Assembly: GCA_046598345.1 (NCBI GenBank)
Contig: JBKJIT010000003.1
Location: forward strand, 222,549-271,257
Length of the DNA stretch: 48,709 nt
Reading direction: 5' to 3'
Source of the DNA: Minisyncoccia bacterium
GTDB taxonomy: Bacteria; Patescibacteriota; Minisyncoccia; Phycocordibacterales; UBA918
How positions within the stretch are numbered: the stretch's first letter is position 1; every line of letters starts with the position of its first letter. The position numbers and the translations under genes were made by a program. Below are positions 36,572 to 44,014 of the stretch, piece by piece. Below the pieces are notes generated by a model. It was not told where the DNA came from. It ran no database searches and saw nothing but the letters and a program-made list of their open reading frames with translations.

Positions 36572-36943
36572 ATGGAAAAAATTTATTACAACAAGCTCTG
36601 TCGAGACAAGGTACCGGACATCATCCGAGAAAAAGGTTTTGAGTGTGAAGTTAGAGAAACGGATCACGACGAGTATAAGCGAGAAATTATTCGGAAGGTT
36701 TTTGAAGAGGCGAGTGGAGTTTCAAACCACGACGGTAAAGAACACCTCCTTAAGCAGCTTGCAGATTTGGTTATTACGCTTGACGCGGTGACTGCTGAGT
36801 ACGGCATTACTGACGATGAGCTCGATGCGGCTGTAGAAAAAAGCTATGAAGAAAAAGGGGGATACGAAGATCGTCTTTATCTTTCATGGTCCTCAGATAC
36901 GGATTATAGCTCGCATGACCAAGGACATGGTTTTGATGACTAA
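36572..36943 (+). CDS. MazG-like nucleoside-triphosphate pyrophosphohydrolase family protein
   Basis: YNKLCRDKVPDII...EY...KVFEE...LAD...EEKGGY pattern. Confidence 0.75.
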   Translation: MEKIYYNKLCRDKVPDIIREKGFECEVRETDHDEYKREIIRKVFEEASGVSNHDGKEHLLKQLADLVITLDAVTAEYGITDDELDAAVEKSYEEKGGYEDRLYLSWSSDTDYSSHDQGHGFDD

Positions 36944-37065
36944 AACTCATTTCAAAACCGCTATCTACTTTGTCACCATCGTCCTTCAAACACTCATCAT
37001 ATGAGTATATGCCTCATGTTCTCAGTCCTTGGTTCCTCGTATCTAGGGAGTTTTGAAATGAGTTT
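36943..37065. repeat. Structured intergenic element, copy D (80-nt core 36965-37044)
   Basis: CTACTTTGT-4-ATCGTCCTT-6-CTCATCATA-6-TATGCCTCA-19-CTCGTATCT; 16-bp perfect outer arms aaactcatttcaaaac/gttttgaaatgagttt. Confidence 0.9.
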
Positions 37066-38779
37066 AAGCTATGTAAAAAAGACTCTAATGTGCGTATGTG
37101 TAGTATTTTCTTTACTACCGCTATTTGTACAAGCTGAGTATATCCAATCCTTTGATGCAACAATTGAACTCCAAGAAGACAGTTCTTTCACGGTAACCGA
37201 GGTTATCGAGTACGTCTTTACTGAGGAGCGTCATGGGATCTTTAGGTACATTCCTACCATCCACCCTGAGCCTGCGTCCTCGGGATTACGTGAGCTATAC
37301 CTTGATGTGGAACTTACAGGAGTCAGTATGGATGGGAAAACAGTGCCATACGAGGTGACCGATGGGCGGAGTGAATTCTATGTAAAGATTGGAGACCCAG
37401 ATGCAACCATTAACGGAACTCATACATACACCATTACGTATGAGATTACTGGGGGTATGTTGTATAATCCTGCAACTGAGCTCTATTGGAATGTAACGGG
37501 GAATGACTGGGAAGTGCCAGTGCGCGCGGCGACAGGTCGCATTGTTGGACCTGATGGAATTTTTGCCGCTGAACGAACCTGCTACCGTGGTGTGCGGGGG
37601 ATGACGGGTTCATGTGGCAGTGTGAAGCAAGAAGGGAAAGATATTGTATTTACTTCAACTCAGCTCGAGCCTGGGGAAGGAATGACGATTGCGCAGGGAC
37701 TTAATCCAGCGATGGTAGAAAAAGTAGTGCTCGAACGGTACAAGGCTTTTCTTCTCAGTATTATTGTCGTGGGCGTTTGGCTTCTCGGTCTCATTATTTT
37801 TGTATTTCGATATACGACTGCGCATAGTACAGGGCGCACCATCATTCCTGAATACGAACCGTACCCGAACGTGAAGCCCATGTACGCCGGCCTCCTTATG
37901 GATGGTAAACTTGATCCGCGAGACATCGCCGCATGTATTGTCTTTCTAGCGGAGCAAGGGTATCTTAAGATTAAGAAGATCGATAAAAAGGTACTTTTCT
38001 TTTTCGAGGTTGATGATTATGAACTCAGTGTAGTCAAAGTACCCGATGATGGCATAAGTCATTTTGAAAAAAGCATACTTACTATTTTCTTCGATAGTGT
38101 GAGTGTGCCAGCCGGCACAACGATCACTCTTAGTCAACTTAAAAATCCATCGGTTGGCAGGCAAAATTACATTGAAATTGAATCCTTACGCAAGGAGCTT
38201 GAGGAGGATCTAGAAGCGTCTGGATTCTTTCAGAAGAATCCAATTGTAAAGACTGCGGGGATTATACTCGGTGCCAGTATTGTGTTGGGTATGATCTTCT
38301 TTGCCACGCCCCTCAGTTCCTATCTTTCATACTTGGGATTAGGTTCACTCCTCGTTGCGGTCTGCACGTTTCTCACCATGATTGTGCTCATCGTATTCGC
38401 AAGACGGAGGAGAACACGAAAGGGCTACGAAGCACGAGATCACCTCCGCGGATTTAAGGAATTCCTTAGCGTCACGGAAAAAGATCGATATGAATTTCAT
38501 AATGCACCAGAAAAAAGTCCCGAGCAGTTCATGGCGTTTCTTCCGTATGCCATAGCGTTTGGGGTTGAAGAAAAATGGGCAGAGGCATTCAAAGACATGA
38601 CTCTACCGACACCAGGTTGGTACGACGGAGGAAACATGGCATCATTTTCAGCGGTAAATCTTTCGAGTAGTCTAGGGGCATTTTCAATTGCATTTGCGGC
38701 ATCCTCCGGCGCCTCAGCGTCGTCAGGCGGCGGTTCGTCAGGAGGCGGTGGGGGTGGAGGAGGGGGAGGCTCATGGTGA
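37058..38779 (+). CDS. DUF2207 family membrane protein
   Basis: EYIQSFDATI...VTEVI...HGIFR, ELYWNVTGNDW, FLPYAIAFGV..KW, C-terminal GGGSSGGGGGGGGGGSW; the start is 37058 or 37088 rather than 37001. Confidence 0.9.
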   Translation: MSLSYVKKTLMCVCVVFSLLPLFVQAEYIQSFDATIELQEDSSFTVTEVIEYVFTEERHGIFRYIPTIHPEPASSGLRELYLDVELTGVSMDGKTVPYEVTDGRSEFYVKIGDPDATINGTHTYTITYEITGGMLYNPATELYWNVTGNDWEVPVRAATGRIVGPDGIFAAERTCYRGVRGMTGSCGSVKQEGKDIVFTSTQLEPGEGMTIAQGLNPAMVEKVVLERYKAFLLSIIVVGVWLLGLIIFVFRYTTAHSTGRTIIPEYEPYPNVKPMYAGLLMDGKLDPRDIAACIVFLAEQGYLKIKKIDKKVLFFFEVDDYELSVVKVPDDGISHFEKSILTIFFDSVSVPAGTTITLSQLKNPSVGRQNYIEIESLRKELEEDLEASGFFQKNPIVKTAGIILGASIVLGMIFFATPLSSYLSYLGLGSLLVAVCTFLTMIVLIVFARRRRTRKGYEARDHLRGFKEFLSVTEKDRYEFHNAPEKSPEQFMAFLPYAIAFGVEEKWAEAFKDMTLPTPGWYDGGNMASFSAVNLSSSLGAFSIAFAASSGASASSGGGSSGGGGGGGGGGSW

Positions 38780-38817
38780 CTCCTTGCAGCCCCTAACCAG
38801 TAGCGTAAAATAATGGG

Positions 38818-39726
38818 ATGGCAACACTATATACTCATCAAAGTGAAAATATCGGAAAGACCTGGCTACTCATGGGTACATTCCTCGTACTTGTAATCGC
38901 GATTGGCTATGCAGCGAGCTGGTACCTCGGAAACTCTACAATTCTCTACATTGCAATAATTTTTGCCCTCATTATGAACGTGGGTTCATATTGGTTTTCA
39001 GATAAGATCGTGCTCAGGATGACAGGAGCAAAGCCGGTGACTCGCGAGCAAGCTCCTGATCTTTGGAATATTGTTGAAAATCTGGCAATCACTGCGGGAC
39101 TTCCAATGCCAAAGGTGTATGTGGTTAATGATCCTGCGCCCAATGCCTTTGCAACAGGCCGTGATCCCGAACATGCTGTTGTAGCAGTCACGACGGGTAT
39201 CCTACAGATTCTGGATCGCTCTGAACTTGAAGGAGTGATCGCACACGAACTCTCGCATATTGGAAATCGTGACATGCTCGTCATGACCGTTGCAGTAGTG
39301 CTCGCGGGATTCATTGCGATGCTTGCCGATTTCTTTATGCGTTCGCTAATGTGGGGAGGGGGCGATAACCGCAACCGCAGCCCTGTGTTTCTTATTGTGG
39401 GTGTGATTGGGATTATTCTTGCCCCAATTGCTGCGCAGCTCATTAAGCTCGCGGTTTCAAGGAAGCGTGAGTATCTTGCTGACGCTTCTGGAGCACTCTT
39501 GACGCGCTATCCGGAAGGACTCGCCCGAGCACTTGAAAAAATTGCGGCGCATTCTCGCCCCATGACGAAAGCGAGCCACGCAACTGCCCATCTTTTCATT
39601 TCAAACCCATTTGGAAATAGCGAGCAGTCTGTTGGGAAGAAAATTGGAGGACTTTTTCAAACGCACCCGCCCGTGTCTGAGAGGATCCGCATCCTTCGTG
39701 GCATGGACACTAAATCACACAACTAA
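38818..39726 (+). CDS. htpX: HtpX-like M48 zinc metalloprotease
   Basis: PNAFATGR, ELEGVIAHELSHI, SRKREYLADA, LARALEKI, THPP. Confidence 0.94.
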   Translation: MATLYTHQSENIGKTWLLMGTFLVLVIAIGYAASWYLGNSTILYIAIIFALIMNVGSYWFSDKIVLRMTGAKPVTREQAPDLWNIVENLAITAGLPMPKVYVVNDPAPNAFATGRDPEHAVVAVTTGILQILDRSELEGVIAHELSHIGNRDMLVMTVAVVLAGFIAMLADFFMRSLMWGGGDNRNRSPVFLIVGVIGIILAPIAAQLIKLAVSRKREYLADASGALLTRYPEGLARALEKIAAHSRPMTKASHATAHLFISNPFGNSEQSVGKKIGGLFQTHPPVSERIRILRGMDTKSHN

Positions 39727-39831
39727 AATGTAACTTCTGGAACTGGACAGAATCACATATATCTTTCATATTATGTGCAGATGTGTAATAAAGACGGAAG
39801 TTTTTTGAAATCTTGAAACGAACAGGAGGTT

Positions 39832-40602
39832 GTGATGGGTGAAATTATTGCGAATGAACGACAACACCCCGAGCTTGACCGACGGCACGCCCACGATCAA
39901 GTAGATGGTGAGGCCGAAAGAGAAATCATGATGGAAGAGTGGGTGAGTAGAAACAAAACCCTAGAATGTGCAAATCCTCAATGCATGGAAATGCATGTGT
40001 TGTTTCAGTCTGTGATTGACAGGCAGGAAGAGACAATCGCATCCCTAAGGCAGGCGGCGGAAATTGATCCGATCACGAAGCTCCCCAATCGTCGTCGGTT
40101 TGACTCTGACTCGAAGACTCTCGAGGTCAAGTTAGAGAACGGGGAAATCTCCACCCTCTGCGCTATCATTATCGACCTTGACCGCTTTAAAGTTGTGAAT
40201 GACACATACGGGCACGCCTTTGGTGATAGGGTTCTTGCGAAGGTGGGGGGGAGAGTGCAGTACTTCCACCGCAATCTCATTATTACGGCTGGTCGCACAA
40301 GAGGAGCACGTCGTGGCCTTTATGATCCTAAAGTAGGGAGAACTGGGGGAGAAGAACTAGCAATACTAATCCCAAACGTACAAGTGGATCCTTGTGAAGC
40401 CGTAAAGCCACTCTTGAAAAGTATCCGGAGCATTCGTTTCAAGGAAGAAGAGTATTCGCGGGTACGGATTACCGCAAGTATTGGAGTGGCCATTACAACA
40501 CGAGGTGGTCTGACACTCGCTGAACTCTTGAAAAAAGCAGATGATGCGATGTACGCTGCTAAACACCGAGGAAGAAATCAAGTTGTAGTTGCTGATAGTT
40601 GA
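39832..40602 (+). CDS. Cytoplasmic GGDEF-domain protein (diguanylate cyclase-like)
   Basis: DPITKLPNRR, IIDLDRFKVVNDTYGHAFGD, RTGGEEL, ITASIGVA, ADDAMYAAKHRGRNQV; AGGAGGT RBS. Confidence 0.9.
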   Translation: MMGEIIANERQHPELDRRHAHDQVDGEAEREIMMEEWVSRNKTLECANPQCMEMHVLFQSVIDRQEETIASLRQAAEIDPITKLPNRRRFDSDSKTLEVKLENGEISTLCAIIIDLDRFKVVNDTYGHAFGDRVLAKVGGRVQYFHRNLIITAGRTRGARRGLYDPKVGRTGGEELAILIPNVQVDPCEAVKPLLKSIRSIRFKEEEYSRVRITASIGVAITTRGGLTLAELLKKADDAMYAAKHRGRNQVVVADS

Positions 40603-40664
40603 GTCGCTTCCTGGGAGGGGAGTGGCTCTATTTTTTTATAAAAACTGAATGCTATACTTTGAAC

Positions 40665-40859
40665 ATGGAAACACCTGAAGACAAAATCGCCCGGTTAGAA
40701 CAAAAAATTGACCAAATCTATGCCTCTGTTGAAAAGGCACGGAAGTATATGCTCACGATTCTCATCATTACCATCGTTACCATTGTCCTTCCAATCCTCG
40801 CATCAGTATTTATTCTCCCGATGCTCATGAGCTCCGTGGGCGGAATGTACTCAATCTAA
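40665..40859 (+). CDS. Small coiled-coil + TM protein
   Basis: METPEDKIARLEQKIDQIYASVEKARKY followed by a TM helix; TGC-TATACT 6 nt upstream. Confidence 0.75.
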   Translation: METPEDKIARLEQKIDQIYASVEKARKYMLTILIITIVTIVLPILASVFILPMLMSSVGGMYSI

Positions 40860-41456
40860 CCCCTTTGAAATTTCTCCGCGTATAATCTGAATAGCTCGTT
40901 CAGCAATTAATTCGGGTGAAAGTGTGCTCTCGATAAAGTAATATTTCGAAGGATCCTGTCGTGCTTCGAACTCCCATGTCTTGCAATCATCAATTCGTTT
41001 CTGAATGGTAGCTTCCGTTTCGCCCCGCACTTTCATGCGGGCACGAAGAATCGCTTCACTCGCACCGTACATGATAATAGATCGCACGGCATTCGCTTTT
41101 CCTCGAAGCTCCGCGTGTGTATACACCGTGGTAAGACTTGGCCAGGTGATGGGTGCAATATAAATATCGTTTTCCAGTGTTTCAACAAAATGGTCTCTTC
41201 TTGTGCCATAGCGATTACCATGCACCTCGATGTGCCACTCAAATGCATCATTTTGGACGAGTTGCTCAAATTCACTATCAGAGACGAAGTCCAGGTCGCT
41301 CAAAGATTCCTCAGCACGCGGTTTACGATTCGTGGTCGAGTTGAAGGGGAGAAGTCGAAGTTGTTTCCCAGCCACTTCAATAGAACCTCTTTTTAAGAGA
41401 GCGCGTTCAAGTGTGGTCTTTCCGCTTCCTGCAGCGCCAGTGAGAGTAAGCAGCAT
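40851..41456 (-). CDS. gmk: Guanylate kinase-like protein
   Basis: P-loop GAAGSGKTT, TTNRKPRAEE...DFVSDSEF...EVHGNRYGT, LRARMKVRG. Confidence 0.82.
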   Translation of the reverse strand: MLLTLTGAAGSGKTTLERALLKRGSIEVAGKQLRLLPFNSTTNRKPRAEESLSDLDFVSDSEFEQLVQNDAFEWHIEVHGNRYGTRRDHFVETLENDIYIAPITWPSLTTVYTHAELRGKANAVRSIIMYGASEAILRARMKVRGETEATIQKRIDDCKTWEFEARQDPSKYYFIESTLSPELIAERAIQIIRGEISKGLD

Positions 41457-41460
41457 ACAG

Positions 41461-42261
41461 TTATTTGTCCCAAGTTAAATCTTCACCGGGCTTGCGATCC
41501 CATTCTTTTTCTTTACGTTTTGCTTCACTGGCTAAAAAGCTTGGTGTAAATCCGCTTGAATTACCACGAAGCAAAAAAAGTCTTCGATTAAGCGTGTCGT
41601 AGTACACGTCGTCCGCTCCCGGTGTGTTTTTAGGTTTGGTAAGCACTACGGGCTCAAACCCTAAGGTCTTTTTAACTTCGCTCGATATCAAGTCTAGCGA
41701 TTCACTATAATTTCTCTGAAATTCTTCCTTACCTTCCAACCAATTACCGCCCACAATAACTGCATCAACAGTTCCTTCTTGGCATCGCTCATGCATAGTT
41801 AAAAGATGAGTTTCTAGATCCTTTAGGAATACCGACGTATGTTCTGGTTGCAGAAAGTACGTTGGATCTTGATGCGTCAAAAAAGAAATTTCCTCTCCAG
41901 TTACCCTATCGACACCTGCTACGATGAGCCCCGTACAATTTTTAAAAGATTCTGAGAATTTTCCGAAGGAGTCAATGGGAGAAATAGTGTAGGTTTTGAC
42001 ACCTGCATTTTTAAAATGTTCTTGTTTCAAGTATCCAGGGTCGCCTTCATAGTCTACATTCAACATTTCACTTCTCTCAAAATAATTTCGAAATTCTTCC
42101 CAGGTCTCCTTATTGGTACGAAAATCATCCCAAGTAGTCATGCATGCCATAATTGGTCGTATTCCTTCGTGGAGGTGCTCCGATAAGAGGGGATTTTTCT
42201 CTACCACAAGCCAATCCTCCTCTTTCTCAGAATGCTGTGGTGTGAAATTTTCAGGATTCAT
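41461..42261 (-). CDS. Hypothetical protein with CheD/YfiH-like Cys-His motif
   Basis: SFKNCTGLIVAG...FLTHQDP...VDAVIVGGN; start set at MNPENF, 6 nt after TATCCT. Confidence 0.6.
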   Translation of the reverse strand: MNPENFTPQHSEKEEDWLVVEKNPLLSEHLHEGIRPIMACMTTWDDFRTNKETWEEFRNYFERSEMLNVDYEGDPGYLKQEHFKNAGVKTYTISPIDSFGKFSESFKNCTGLIVAGVDRVTGEEISFLTHQDPTYFLQPEHTSVFLKDLETHLLTMHERCQEGTVDAVIVGGNWLEGKEEFQRNYSESLDLISSEVKKTLGFEPVVLTKPKNTPGADDVYYDTLNRRLFLLRGNSSGFTPSFLASEAKRKEKEWDRKPGEDLTWDK

Positions 42262-42389
42262 GTGTCTAGGATATATGAGAAGGCGTCTTTCGCAAAATAT
42301 TTTAAAGAAGTCTCGGGTTGTACGGAGTATATACATTATACTGAGTGTGACTAGATTCCTGAGGAGGCTTCTTGTACAGTATAGGGCTT

Positions 42390-42474
42390 GGAGGCGTCGC
42401 ATAGTGGCCTAGTGCGCTCGCTTGGAAAGCGAGTAGGGTGAAAGCCCTCGGAGGTTCAAATCCTCTCGCCTCCG
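42390..42474 (+). tRNA. tRNA-Ser(GGA), CCA not encoded
   Basis: Acceptor stem GGAGGCG/CGCCTCC, anticodon arm CTCGC-TTGGAAA-GCGAG, long variable arm, T-loop TTCAAAT, discriminator G. Confidence 0.97.
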
Positions 42475-42604
42475 CATCTGTTTTATAAGCCGACTGTTGT
42501 GGTCGGTTTTATAAAATAGGAGGACTGGATTTGAAGCTGTTCAGAGATAGTTTTGGAGTCATCAGACGAACAAAAATATCCTGAACGGGTACTGAACATG
42601 TAAT

Positions 42605-42626
42605 GTTCAAATCCTCTCGCCTCCGC
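42605..42626 (+). repeat. 22-bp copy of the tRNA-Ser 3' end (att-like)
   Basis: gttcaaatcctctcgcctccgc. Confidence 0.92.
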
Positions 42627-42696
42627 TTACAGTTTTAACTTGCACCACAAGGGTATCTTCATTTTTCTAATTCCTTCTCAGTCTTAAGAATTGATC

Positions 42697-42747
42697 AAAG
42701 CGAGTAGGGTGAAAGCCCTCGGAGGTTCAAATCCTCTCGCCTCCGCA
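42697..42747 (+). repeat. 51-bp copy of the tRNA-Ser 3' half (att-like)
   Basis: Identical to 42426-42476. Confidence 0.95.
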
Positions 42748-42756
42748 AAGGTTGTT

Positions 42757-42823
42757 AAACTATACATTGTCCTAAAAACTGAAAGACGGTATCGTTAGAG
42801 GCATGTCAATGATGAAACATTTT
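42757..42823 (+). repeat. 67-bp direct repeat, copy 1 (copy 2 at 44782-44848)
   Basis: aaactatacattgtcctaaaaactgaaagacggtatcgttagaggcatgtcaatgatgaaacatttt. Confidence 0.95.
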
Positions 42824-42846
42824 GATGCCATAGGGCTGACCTATGT

Positions 42847-43020
42847 AAAAAAAATCACCGGAATAAACTGGGGCTTTCGCAGGAAGATTTTGCCCAAAAG
42901 TCCGGTGTGAAATATATAACTCTTACTAAAATTGAAAGTGGCGCTATTTAGACACCTTCAGTTGTGATAATGGGCAAAATTGCAAAGGCTTTAGGTGTTT
43001 CTATTGAAAATTTATTATAA
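42847..43020 (+). pseudogene. XRE-family HTH regulator pseudogene
   Basis: KKNHRNKLGLSQEDFAQKSGVKYITLTKIESGAI*TPSVVIMGKIAKALGVSIENLL*; in-frame TAG at 42949-42951 and no in-frame start. Confidence 0.85.
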
Positions 43021-43047
43021 TAGTATTAACAATTAACTAAAAATTTT

Positions 43048-43785
43048 ATGGAACAAGAAATTCAATCACAGCAAGTAAGTCAAAATAAAAATTCTTTACT
43101 CCTCACTATTGTTGCTAGTGTTTTACTAACTGCCCTTGTTGTCGGAGCAGGAGTTTACTTTTGGCAAAAATCGTCAAAAGACATGGCTGTTAAAAACTTA
43201 GAGCAAAAAGTTATTTCTCTTGAACAGCAAATCTTGGCGATGAAAAATGAACAAGTTATTATTCAACCAACGCCGACGAATCAAGCAACTTCACCAACGG
43301 GCATAAAAACTTTTTCAATTTCCGAAGTTGGAATCAAAGTCTCATTTCCCGACAATTATTCTCTTGCAAAAAATGGAGAACAAAATCGCCGGGGTTCATT
43401 TGTCTCTTACGATTTTCAACAATCTGGAAATTATAAAACACCAGACCTATACGAACTTCAATTTTTTTCCGAAGAATCAATTAAAAACTTTGCAAAAAGT
43501 TGTGAGGGTACAATGTGTTTTGAAGGAGATTATCCTGACATAACGAGATATTCTGGACAAAAGACGGCTTTTGCGCAAGGTAAAGATTATCAGAATTTTA
43601 AACTTCAGAAGTTCGGTACTCGTAATTGGTTTGTTTCAAGCCACAGGTGTGTTGGTGATAGTTGTATGATCAGAGAGTACACAACTTTTTTGGGCAACAC
43701 TAAACTTGATGCTTGGATAATGATGGCCGATTCTTCAGAAGAAAAACAGGCCGATACTCTTTTTGCTCAATTCAAAATCGAATAA
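43048..43785 (+). CDS. Membrane-anchored hypothetical protein (TM + coiled coil + two Cys pairs)
   Basis: 245-aa AT-rich ORF inside the island. Confidence 0.75.
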   Translation: MEQEIQSQQVSQNKNSLLLTIVASVLLTALVVGAGVYFWQKSSKDMAVKNLEQKVISLEQQILAMKNEQVIIQPTPTNQATSPTGIKTFSISEVGIKVSFPDNYSLAKNGEQNRRGSFVSYDFQQSGNYKTPDLYELQFFSEESIKNFAKSCEGTMCFEGDYPDITRYSGQKTAFAQGKDYQNFKLQKFGTRNWFVSSHRCVGDSCMIREYTTFLGNTKLDAWIMMADSSEEKQADTLFAQFKIE

Positions 43786-44014
43786 AAAATTTGCCACCAA
43801 AGAAAAACTTGAAATCGTCCTTTCCGCTCCAGTTCAAGGCGAGGTGTGCGGAAGGGGGGTGTGGTGGGAATTCCGCCCGCCGAGCCCAGCTAGTTCCGTT
43901 CGGATATTTTCAAACAGACACCGCAAAAAGAATTAAGTATCGGTAGATTCGAGTGCATATCATCGTGTGGCGACCTGATTACTCAAGGACTGATATTTAA
44001 ATTAAAGTAAGAAT

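Noticed and set aside
37001-37057. N-terminal extension of the DUF2207 gene (ORF-track start 37001)
   Set aside because: This stretch lies inside repeat element D; the protein-like signal sequence begins at 37058 or 37088.
4340-37065. Integron attC sites or gene cassettes as the explanation for the repeated element
   Set aside because: No consistent RYYYAAC/GTTRRRY ends, no integrase, and upstream genes include core genes such as groEL.
42262-42402. 5' extension of the 41461-42402 ORF
   Set aside because: It would overlap the tRNA-Ser gene; a -10 box 6 nt before the ATG at 42261 supports the shorter gene.
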